DNA of 64,000 nucleotides, taken from the NCBI GenBank assembly GCA_951406725.2, contig OX597822.1, positions 41,540,001 to 41,604,000 of the forward strand. The letters run 5' to 3'. Below are positions 52,711 through 64,000 of the stretch, one piece after another (within the stretch, counting starts at the first letter, position 1; each line of letters starts with the position of its first letter). Made by a program: the position numbers and the translations under genes. The notes under the pieces were generated by a model. That model searched no databases and was not told the origin of the DNA. It worked only from the letters and a program-made list of their open reading frames with translations. This DNA comes from Octopus vulgaris. Taxonomy: Eukaryota.

Positions 52711-53323
52711 AGGAGTAGGAGTGGTTGTGTGGTAAGTAGCTTTTTTACCAACCACATAGTTCTGGGTTCAGTCCCACTGCGTGGCACCTTAGGCAAGTGT
52801 CTTCTACCTATACCCTCGGGCTGACAAAAGCCTTGCGAGTGGATTTGGAAGACGGAAACTGAAAGAAGTCCATCGTATGTGTGTGTGTATTTGTCCCCAC
52901 ACCATCGCTTCACAACCGATGCTGGTGTGTTTATGTCCTCGTAACTTAGCAGTTCGGCATAAGAGGCCGATAGAATAAGTACTAGGCTTACAAAGAATAA
53001 GTTCTGGGGTCGGTTTGTTCGACTAAAGGCGGTGCTCCAGCATGACCACAGTCAAATGACAAACAATTAAAAGAATGACTGTGTGGTAAGTAGCTTGCTT
53101 ACCAACCACATGGTTCCGGGTTCAGTCCCACTGCGTGGCACCTTGGGCAAGTGTCTTCTACTATAGCCTCGGTCGGACCAAAGCCTTGTGAGTAGATTTA
53201 GTAGACGAAAACTGGAAGAAGCCCGTCGTATATGTGTTTATATATTTGTGTGTGTGTACGCGCGCGCGAGTGTGTGTACGCGCGCGCGAGAGTGTGTACG
53301 CGCGCGCAAGTGTGTGTGTGCGT

Positions 53324-53400
<77 letters not shown>

Positions 53401-53605
53401 TGTGTGTCTGTGTCCCACCAGCATCGCTTAACAACCGATGCTGCTGCATTTCCGTCCCCGTAACTTAGCGGTTCGGCCAAAGAGACTGATAAAATAAGTA
53501 CTAGGCTTACAAAGAATAAGCTCTGGGGTCGATTTTCTCGACTAAAGGCGGTGATCCAGCATGGCCGCAGTCAAATCATTGAAACAAGTAAAAGAATAAA
53601 AGAAT
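52711..53605 (+). mobile_element. Two tandem SINE family B copies
   Basis: 52711-53075 and 53077-53605. Confidence 0.85.
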
Positions 53606-53745
53606 ATATACATATATATATATATATTATTAGAGACAAAATCAGTATTAGGCTATAAAATTAGATTCAATCCTAAATCTGATTTTTCCCTGTAAGTTTG
53701 GTTTTATTCCCTAATATTTATTATATATATATATATATATATATG

Positions 53746-53793
<48 letters not shown>

Positions 53794-54377
53794 AGAGAGA
53801 GGGAGAGACAGACAGACAGAGAGAGAGAGAAATAGATAGATAGATATAACAGTAAACAGAAAGTAAGGTAGGTCAGTTCACAGTGCTCTATCTCATAAAT
53901 ACTAAGTCTTAAATTATGCAGTTTACATTCTCTTATCTTAAATTATCTTAATTATCTTAATTATGTTTCACTTATTCTCAACTCTATTCACAGCAAAAGA
54001 GAAACTGGCCCTAAAAAGGTCAGTGCATGCGTGCGTGTGAGAGAGAGAGGGGGAGGGAGTCTGTGTGTGTGCATGCGCGTATGTGTGAGTGTGTGTGTGA
54101 GTGTGTGTACGTGCATGTGTGTGTGTACGTGCATGTGTGTGTGTGTGTGCGTAATTTTCAATTAAAATAAGTTATGACACAGAGTCCAGCAAATATTTCG
54201 GATCAAAGAAATTATAGTAAAGTATGTATTAATGATCTAGAATAGACTATGGAGGTTTATCCTTTCTAAAAATAGCCGTTTTTTATTAATGAATATATTT
54301 TCCACGATAAATACGCCATGACTGCTTTTTCGTTTGAAACTACTAGTTAGGAGCATTATTCGACTCTTGAAGATGTA

Positions 54378-55658
54378 CGAGGGGCGTTCAATAAGTAATG
54401 CCCCTGACCCACTTCCCATAGCAGTAGAGCAACGAAACTTGGCACAGTTATTAGTCTTTTTCTAGATAGGAACCACCCAGAGTTACGCATTTCTCCCATC
54501 GTTTGATGCAGCTCTGGAGACCGTTTTTGTAGAAGATCCTAGCTTGGTCCTCCAACCACGACGTGACTTCAGAAATCAAGGCTGCATCATCTGGGAAACG
54601 CTTTCCTTTAAAAAACAACTTCATGGCTGGGAAGAGGTGAAAATCAGAGGGTGCAAGGTCAGGAGAGATGGGGGGATGGGGGAGGAGTTCATAGCCGCCC
54701 GCCTGTGCTTCTGATCTGGCGACACGCGAGTTGTGGACCGGAGCGTTGTCCTGCAGGAGGAGGATGCCTTTGCTGATCTTGCCCCTACTCCTGATTTTGA
54801 TAGCTTCTCTTTATTTCCTCAAAAGTGAAGCATAATAGGCTCCTGTAATTGTGGTACCCTTTGCCAGGAAATCTGTCATCACTACTCCGTCCTGGTCCCA
54901 GAAGACTGTGAGCATGACCTTGCCAGCAGAGGGCTACACCCTTGCCTTCTTTGGAGGAGATGAGTCACGGTGCTTCCACTGCATTGACTGGGCTTTGGTC
55001 TCTGGATCATAGTGATGAACCCAGGTTTCATCCTGTGTAATCAGTCTTTTGAAAAATTTTGACTCATCTTCTTGGCACATCTCCAAATTCATCCTCGAGC
55101 ACTCGACGCGTTCTTGCTTCTGGGAAGGTGTGAGCAACCTGGGAATCCACCTGGTAGACACCTTTTGCATATGCAAATGGTCATGAATGATAGTTTCGAC
55201 AGACCCGGTACTAATCTTGACCTCATGGGCTATTTGGCGTCGATCTTCCAAACTGGCAGCCTCAACTTGACGGACAGATGCTTCATCAATGGCAGAAGAG
55301 GGGCGACCAGATGTGGGAGCTGTTTCCACAGAGTTCCTACCATGTTTGAATTCACGATGCCAGCGTTTTACAAGGTCATATGATGAGGCATCATCACCAT
55401 AAGTTACTTTCATTTCATCAAAAGTCTCCCGTATTGTGCATCCTTTCAAATACAAAAACCGGATCACTGCTCGACACTCAACAGGCTCCATTTCACACTT
55501 GACTCAGTTCAAACACCTGTAAATCAGAAACCACAATTAGTTCAGAGCTGTAATTTGCCACTTAATCTATATAGATATAAATAATTGCACATGCAAAATT
55601 TCAGTTAGATCAAATAACTGCAAGTGGTTCTGGGGCATTACTTATTGAACGTCCCTCG
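54378..55658 (-). mobile_element. Full-length mariner (DD34D) transposon
   Basis: ~36-bp TIRs CGAGGGGCGTTCAATAAGTAATGCCCC / GGGGCATTACTTATTGAACGTCCCTCG, with TA on both sides. Confidence 0.97.
54451..55491 (-). pseudogene. Mariner transposase with two in-frame stops and no frameshift
   Basis: MEPVECRAVIRFL...WIPRLL...ITQDETW...V*PSAGKVMLTVFWD...RK*REAI...QDNAPVH...SPDLAPSDFHLF...YLEKD*. 34 residues between the second and third Asp. Confidence 0.93.
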
Positions 55659-55669
55659 TATGTGTGTGC

Positions 55670-55761
<92 letters not shown>

Positions 55762-56340
55762 AAGAAAGAAAGAAAGAAAGAGAAAGAGAGACAGACCGAC
55801 AGACAGTTGATATTTTGACTCAGAATTGCATTACTTTAGGTTTCACAGGCGTGAAATATGTTTTCCTAATATTTCGAACACTTGATTCTGTGTGAAAAGC
55901 GTTTCACTGCTTCTAAGGCTGATTGTCATTCGATGTTCAGTAATGATACTGAATGAGGCTGACGCTGGTTGGTGATGCTCTTCGGTGAGACTGCAACTGC
56001 CTGGTGACAGAAAGACGGTCTGACGATTGCGTGTCCAGGTATGAAACGTTGATGTGTCCAGGTGAGGAACGTACCGAATGTATAGAATTATTTACACGTT
56101 TGCGACAATTAGAACATTTAACTACGGTTCTTCCTCTTTCTGTATCAGAGATCATAGAATTTTGTGACGCTCAACGATATTCTATTTTCATTGATCCATT
56201 TGTTTGGGGTGTTTCGGTCTTGTAAGAGGACAGAGATATCGTCGCTTGTCTTTATTTCTGTTATTACTTTTGTGTCGTCCATAGACTTGCTGCATGTGTG
56301 TACATTCAAAAGTGTGTCTGTGTGTCTCTGCCTGAATGTG

Positions 56341-56485
<145 letters not shown>

Positions 56486-56530
56486 TACTTATGTGTACCG
56501 ACATACATACGTACATATATATACATATAT

Positions 56531-56600
56531 ACTTAGATACTTAAATAAGTTTAAGCCAGTATTGGCCTAGGCCACTTATAACTTAATAGCACCACCTGGA
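56531..56600 (-). mobile_element. Tiny 3'-end fragment of the LINE family at 30898-31447
   Basis: Minus strand CAGGTGGTGCTATTAAGTTA...TGGCCT.G.CCAAT...ATCTAAGT matches 31374-31447. Confidence 0.7.
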
Positions 56601-57096
56601 ACCCACACACACGCGCACACGCACACACACATACACACACAAACATTTTCATACCGACATATATAGCATACATTACATATACATATACGTATAAATAAAT
56701 ATATATGTGTGTGTGTATGTGTGTGTGTGTGTGTATTTATGTATATGCATATGCATACACATAATATATACACACGTACATACATGACTATATGCATTTT
56801 ATTGATACATAAATACATTTATCTACATATATGTGAGGGAGGTGTAGTACTATCAGTTACTAACAAAACAATAGCAAGAGTCCATGAGGTGTCCCTTATG
56901 TTTTGATGAGGATGATTTCAATAGCGTGACACACCAACGTTATATCGCCAGATCCTAATACCGCAAAAAACTGTCAGGGGTATACTTGAAGGCGCTTTAG
57001 CGGATACTGGAAGATGGTGAGTATGAAGGGTAAGAGGAATGTTAGATGAGGGTGAAGGAGGACGACGCATTGTAACTTCTATAATGTAAAGAGAGG

Positions 57097-57142
<46 letters not shown>

Positions 57143-57503
57143 GAGGGGTGAAGAGGAAGCGCGTGGAAGGAGGAAGAAGTGATATTGTGAAGGGAGAAGA
57201 ACGGCGCCGGGAGAATATTTTCGGAAAAAGAAAATCAGACACAATGGCTGGTAATTACGAATCTAATTAACAGACTGTCACTGATTGGACGCCATTTGTA
57301 CTGTGATATGTGTTAGAGGACAGTGTGTATAGCACGCGCGCGTGCACACATCCTACATACACACATACATGTACATATACACTCATATAGACCAAAACTT
57401 TAATTATCTCTCTCTCTTTCTTTTTCTTTCTCAAGATAAATATATATATATATACTTATACACACACACAAGCTCTCACACACACACAAGCTCTCACACA
57501 CAC

Positions 57504-57534
<31 letters not shown>

Positions 57535-57928
57535 TGTGTGTAAGTCAGGGAAAGGCAGTGCCTATACACTTTACAGGTCCTCTCAAAATTGTACGAGGAA
57601 GAAAGTTATGTTAAACTGGATATCTTATCCGAATGTTTGCTAAAAACACTTCATTTCTGCGCACGCGTGCGTGTTTGTGTGTAATATATATATTACACTG
57701 AGCAGAATATTACAGGTTATGGTATATACCGGACATGGTGGCTGGTAGCAAGTCTAAAGAGACGTAAGTATAGCCAAGTGAAATAGTTGGCGTGAAACCG
57801 ACGGTAACACTCAGACCAGTTATATGACATAACTTGTTATATAATACTCAGCAATATATAAATATGTAACCGGTCTACTTTTCATATCGCGTGTGACTTA
57901 TGGATATCTAATAGTTAAATTTATATAC

Positions 57929-57989
<61 letters not shown>

Positions 57990-57994
<5 letters not shown>

Positions 57995-58414
57995 AAAAGA
58001 TGATAAATAAAACATGGATATATACATACATATATGTACGTACCTACATCTATATGTATATATACATGCATATATGTATATATAGGACACCAAAAAAAAA
58101 AACGTCGAACACAATGCGAAACGAAAACATGAAACAAAACCATGGAAACGGACAATTTTTTTTAAACAATGAAAAAACAGAGTACAAGACATACAACACA
58201 AGTAAAATTCCCCTTCTTCAGCCGCCTCTACTTCGTCTACTCCATGTTTCGAAGGTAAAGGCGAAACACGACTCCGTTGAAACAATCCTTCCCGCAAAAC
58301 AAATTAAATAAAATTTGTGATTTTTTTGCGGAGGGGTAAAAGTGGTAACAAAACAGGACAGTAAAAACAATACAAATAAAAACAGTAAAAAACAGGACAA
58401 GGAGAATAACAGTA

Positions 58415-58420
<6 letters not shown>
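57990..58420. mobile_element. Non-coding repeat between (TA)n tracts (longer homolog of 3405-3663)
   Basis: See 3405-3663. Contains hairpin ATGTTTCG-aaggtaaagg-CGAAACAC. Confidence 0.6.
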
Positions 58421-58456
<36 letters not shown>

Positions 58457-58618
58457 CAAATAAACAAATGAGGAAAACGGAAAATAAAATTCACGAGAAT
58501 CTTTATTCATCACAACGATCGTTTCGACCCATCTTACATTGGTCCCTTGCGGGTAGGAAATTTTACAATTGGTTGCGTTGCATCCTCCGGTGCAGTCTAT
58601 ATAATTACTGATATGTGT

Positions 58619-58667
<49 letters not shown>

Positions 58668-58833
58668 TGTGTGTATGTATGTATATATATTACACGCACA
58701 TAAATATGATGTGACATATGATATGTAATATGTAAAATTATTTGATCTCAAACTGATGTTTGCTAAATATGTAACACACACAGTGACGTACAAACATTAA
58801 CACACATATGCATGCATGTGAGTATGCATATAT

Positions 58834-58878
<45 letters not shown>

Positions 58879-59499
58879 CGTGTGTGCGTACGTGTGTGCA
58901 TGCTAATCGCTGAAGAAGAAAATTCGTTTTTAACTCTCACATCAAACACTTGTCTTTGGTGGAAAACATTTGGATACAAAGTAAAAATGTTGCTTAGTTG
59001 TAAATATAAAAGTTTTGATGTAATTTTTACTGTAAAACAGGATTTAAGTATGAAGCACATCCGACATGATGTGAAGTGAACCGGAGCAGACGTGGTTGAG
59101 TGCTATATCATGTGGAACAAACGAGATTGTGTGCTGTCGTGTTGAACATAGCGGGGTGAATAACTATTATTTGATTAAATATTTATTAATTCAGGGGTGG
59201 AAGTAATTAATCGGGGGGGCTAATTAAGCAGATTGTTATCGAATGTGTATGTTTAAAAAGGACATACATACACGCGCGCGTCCACACTCACAGCGCGCCC
59301 GGGCACACACTCACATGCACATACACACACACATACACATACATGCACACACACATGCACGCAAGCAAACAATTGTGATAACACGCTATCTTAAAAGAAT
59401 TGGGATACTGTGGAAGAGACCACGTTAAATAATAAAATTACGTCATTAGAAATGATTCAACTCCGGCCGATTTCCTCTTCACATTATATACAAGTTAGC

Positions 59500-60379
59500 G
59501 ATATTTTATATATATTTTTCCCCTTTTTTCAGGAACAGCTTGAATTGTTGGTGAACAGTCAACAGTGTTGGAGAGTATGAAGATTAAAGTTGTAGCTGAG
59601 AAAAAGTTAGCTGACATGGAGGACTGGAAGGCATCTAAATATTGGAAGAGTTACTTTTATCATGAAGGTTTGCACCGGGTATCAAATGCCGACAACATGA
59701 CTGCTGTTCAATGTTCTGCTAGCACTATAATGGCCGTAAAGACTTGATAGGGACAGCTGCAACGGAAACTACGAAGACGTGGCCAACAGGAATGGACACA
59801 GCAGGCGATATGACTGTGTCGGCACGCAGGTGTTCATCCGACAACCGATGACCAGGAGATTAGATCCAATTCAGATGGTTACGTGAAGCTGTTTGGGGTT
59901 GTGGGCAAACCCTGGCTAGAGAAGGTTGCTACCGGAAGGATAGGTGAGTAGCGTCAGGATTTTGCCTCTTGCCATGCCTCCGGAAAACGTCAGAAGTGGT
60001 TGCTGAAGAATATTTAAAACTTCATCAACCCCAGTTTCTGGCCTCCTAAAGCCCCCGATTAGGATTACTGCACAAGGCGTGCAGTTGAGGGAGACACCGG
60101 CCGCTTTGCATGCAACACCAAAAGCGAGCAATGAGCTAGTGGCCAAGATTAAGGAGTTTAAAGATATTTCCAGCCACGTAGTGAGGAACGCATGCGCCAA
60201 GTTCCGAAGCCATCTTGAGGCCGCGGTGGAGGCAGAGGATGGCTTCTTTGAATAAACAGTTATCTTCCAGTCAGAATCTCCTCGACATGTTTTGTTTGCT
60301 TGAAATACTTTCGTTTTTAGGTGAGATATTGTTTCCTTTTCCTTTCATGCAAACCGTCGAATTTAGCCCAAATACCCTG
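59500..60379 (+). mobile_element. Decayed Tc1/mariner-superfamily element (maT/DD37D-like)
   Basis: KPWLEKVATGR...QDFASCHASGKRQKWL..FWPPKAPD...LVAKIKE...VRNACAKFRSHLEAAVEAEDGFFE*. Putative 3' end CCGTCGAATTTAGCCCAAATACCCTG. Left boundary uncertain. Confidence 0.75.
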
Positions 60380-60400
60380 TGTGCGTGAACGAGCGTGTGT

Positions 60401-60446
<46 letters not shown>

Positions 60447-60521
60447 TTATTTTTTTCTTTCTAAAAATGTTTTTCCACAATTGCTTGGAAGTGCTCAGGT
60501 TGAACCCGAGACGCTAGACAT

Positions 60522-60729
60522 TATATAACATGGGTTAAGAAGAGACAAAATTTAGATAATCATTCTATAATTATGATTTACATCAGCATAATACATACAT
60601 ATAACACAATAATTACAAGATCCGTGTTTTGCTGCAATTATTGTGTTTTATATATTTATTATGTTGATGTAAACCATAACAATAGAATGATTATCTACAT
60701 TTTGTCTCTTTTTAAGCCAGTTATATAAT
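60522..60729. mobile_element. Fold-back MITE (whole-length palindrome)
   Basis: AGAGACAAAATTTAGATAATCATTCTAT...ACACAATAATT mirrored by AATTATTGTGT...ATAGAATGATTATCTACATTTTGTCTCT. Confidence 0.85.
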
Positions 60730-61974
60730 ATATGTGTGTGTATCTATAATAATAAATGCTAAAACGAATTTCTGTGTGTCAGTGTGTCACACTATTCAAT
60801 GACACTTCTACTATTCCTCTTGCTGGGATGAGAGTAATAGTAGGCATAGAGAGTGTGAGGTCGGTAGTAGATTGACGGTTGTGATGGTAATGGGGTGATA
60901 GTAATAGTATGAGATGTAGTTGTGATAGAGGCGACGGTGGTGGTGGTGGTGGTGGTGGTAGCCGAGGAGGTGAGGGACGACGGTGATAGGAAGCGAAGTG
61001 AAAGACAGTGGTGATGGTGGTGGAGGGGAAGGCGGTGAAGTCAAAGGTGTTGATGGTGGTGGCGTCGGAAGGCTGAATGGTGTGTGTGTATAGCAGTTGT
61101 GGTGGCGATGGTGGTGGTGGTGGTGGTACTGGTGATGATGATCGTTGAAAACAACAGAAAGAGAGAGAGAAAGAAAGAGGTTAAACAGAAAAAAATGCAC
61201 TAACCCCACAAATGGGAAAACAAAAAATGTTTATCATGCAGCTTTGCAATAAGTTCCAAGTCGACAAATTATATCATTGTTTTGCTGAAAATTGTTCACT
61301 GTTTGAAAATATTGGTCAAGTATATAATTTCAGCCAATAACTCGGGCTCTTTTTATTGAGCCTGGTCGCAGTTCGTTTATTTTCGTTCAGCGCCTGTCTG
61401 TCGTCTTAGAGGTGCCCTGTGTCAAAAAATATCATTCATAGCAGACGTTCTCTCGACATCGTTCACAAGCGCCTGACTCGGGCTCAGAAATTACAGCCCG
61501 AATTGTTATCTCCAATCGTAAAAATTAAAAGTAATTACAATTCAATGTTTCTTAAAGATTAGAATTTAAATTCCAATCTATGAAAAGTTTCCGTTCTACA
61601 ATATTCTTTAAGGAACGAAAAATTACCAAGCAACTTTGGCTACTACGAACGAGCTTGGTAGGTGTAAAAGACTCTTGTCAAGTGTACAGGTGACAGTCAG
61701 ATAGCTGATGTTTGTTGTGCACTCCGCTGTTATTTAATTGCTGTTATTCTGAGCGTCTGCGTGTAAAGATTAGTGTTTTGCAGGGTTGCTTTATTTTTAC
61801 CCTTAAATTAGAAATCGAGAAAGGCATAGTGCTCGATATAAAAAAATAAGCCATTTGTGGGCTTAAAATAAAGCACAAAAACTTGAAATTCTTCGAGCAG
61901 GCATGTATCATGCGAAATCTCTGATGGGCCCGAGTGACGATGATGATCTGGAGTCGCCCCTGATATATATATAT

Positions 61975-63103
61975 GTTTTTGTTATTATTATTATCATTAT
62001 TGTTTTTACGTATTTTCGTATTCTTACTCATGTTATCATTAATATTTTTACGTATTTTTGTATTCTTATTCGTTCCCGTCCTTGTTTTGTATACATTCGA
62101 GGCTTTCTTCCAAGGAATCTAATGAGCTTGGCTTAGATTTTCCTTTGGGGCTGGCCAGGTCGGAGCAATCTCAAGATTAATCAGCCAAAATTGCGAAGAT
62201 GATCCGGTTCTTGACTGAATATTGAAGGCTTCGAATGTCCCGTCCGTGTTTTTTGTATCATCTTCTAAGTGTTTTGCGTTCTTGTCCCAGTTTATATTTT
62301 TTTACATATACATATATATATAGCGGCGCCCGTACCCTTTTTGGTCTTGTATGTAAGTACATATTTTCTTTAAACTTGGTACGACTCTATAACACTGTCT
62401 CTCTCTCCCTCCTCTCCTACATTTCTCTGCCTTTCACACTTTGCACTCCACTTTGATCTGTCTCTTTCTCTCTCTCTCTCTCTTCTCCTCCTCCATTGTT
62501 CCTTGTTCCCCTTTTTTCTCTCTTCCTCTGTCCCTCTTTTCCTCTCTCTTCTCCTCACACTTGACTAACTTTGGACTGCTGTCCTTTTCGTGATTAGCAG
62601 CCGCCGAAGCTAGACACATCTTTTTTCTCTCTTCGCCTCAAGCCATTTTTCTAATGCGCCAGCTCAAGTTCACCCGTCCTGTCGAAAAGACGCCCGTCTG
62701 TGACGTCCTGTTTTTGTTATTATTATTATCATTATTGTTTTTACGTATTTTCGTATTCTTATTCATGTTATCATTATTATTTTTACGTATTTTTGTATTC
62801 TTATTCATTCCCGTCCTTGTTTTGTATACATTCGAGGCTTTCTTCCAAGGAATCTAATGCGCTTGGCTTAGATTTTCCTTTGGGGCTGGCCAGGTCGGAG
62901 CAATCTCAATATTAATCAGCCGAAATTGCGAGGATGATCCGGTTCTTGACTGAAGATTGAAGGCTTCGAATGTCCCGTCCGTGTTTTTTGTATCGTCTTC
63001 TAAATGCTTTGCGTTCTTGTATCAGTTTGTATTTTTTTACATATACATATATATAGCGACGCCCGTACCCTTTTTGGTCTTGTATGTAAGTAAATATTTT
63101 CTT
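61975..63103. repeat. ~395-bp direct repeats (61975-62369 and 62711-63103) separated by a ~340-bp CT-rich spacer; pseudo-LTR-like
   Basis: The two copies align throughout with scattered substitutions. Short (TA)n tracts at both outer ends. Confidence 0.85.
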
Positions 63104-63124
63104 ATATATATATATATATATACA

Positions 63125-63292
63125 TCCGACAAGCTTCTTTCAGTTTCCATATGCCAAATCCACTCAAGGTTTTGGTCGGCACGAGGCTATAGTAGAAGAC
63201 ACATGTCCAAGTAAGTTGCCACACAGTGGGACTGAAACATAGAGCCACGTGGTTGGAAAGCAAGCTTCTTACCACAACAGCCAGGCTTGGGC
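63125..63292 (-). mobile_element. SINE family B (5' half)
   Basis: Matches the head of 3664-4130. Confidence 0.75.
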
Positions 63293-63832
63293 CTAGCAGT
63301 TTTTATTTTCCTTTTTTTTATCTACACTTTAAACGATCTCAATAAATGAAGGTTAATTTGTAAACTTTCTCAAGACTAGTGCAGTAGAATAACGTATGCT
63401 ATAAAAGGTATCCATCGGGAGAGGGATTAACGCCGAATATCGTCTTGAAATCTTTATATCTTTGTTGCTTTAAAAGACAATTCAGTACAGTTTAAATTTT
63501 GTTACATTATCTAAATGAGTGAAATTTAATACCTCAAGATTGATGCCACAGAAAAAGAATTGAGCAACAAAAAGTAGTCAAATCAGAAAGTAAAGGCCAA
63601 ATCCATCTTTATGCTATCGTATGTCAATCATTTTAGAAAAATTAATTAATTTAATTCAGCTTTTCTGAACGATCTAAATGAGAGAAATCTGATCCTAAAA
63701 ACCGACTCAAAATTGGCAAAGTAGGATAAATCTTATGGAGCAAAAAGTGATTAAATTTTTGAATGTGACAAAAATTCTGAGGCGTATTAAGCAGTGTGTG
63801 CATGTGTATGTGTGTGTGTGCGCGTGTATGTA

Positions 63833-63893
<61 letters not shown>

Positions 63894-63919
63894 ATATATA
63901 AGGATATATATATATATGG

Positions 63920-63952
<33 letters not shown>

Positions 63953-64000
63953 CATTTATATATATATATATATATACATAAATATATATGTATATGAATG

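Noticed and set aside
55941-56039. AG...GT-bounded candidate coding exon
   Set aside because: Stops in all three frames. A non-coding exon cannot be judged from sequence alone.

Overview
AT-rich, repeat-saturated eukaryotic DNA. The tRNA-headed SINE families and the very dense (TA)n/(CA)n/(TAGA)n/(TAA)n tracts suggest an octopus or other cephalopod intron or intergenic region (inference from pattern recognition, not a search). No host protein-coding gene, CRISPR array or rRNA is supportable, and almost all listed ORFs are microsatellite artefacts. Recognisable content: several Tc1/mariner-superfamily transposons (all defective), two Penelope-like elements (RT + GIY-YIG), a young 5'-truncated CR1-type LINE with an open RT frame, other LINE 3' fragments (R4/Dong-like, HERO-like, RTE-like, L1/Tx1-like), a Helitron head-to-tail dimer, a Helentron-type HINE, MITEs, more than 20 SINE copies and a 30-bp minisatellite. 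The most notable signal, invisible in the ORF track, is a population of short non-coding elements, mostly sitting inside (TA)n tracts, that carry type I hammerhead-ribozyme motifs (CUGANGA...GAAA with a tiny palindromic stem III). They come from several distinct families, including one subfamily with a shared non-canonical core and one copy with a tRNA-like head. All folds were assigned by eye.
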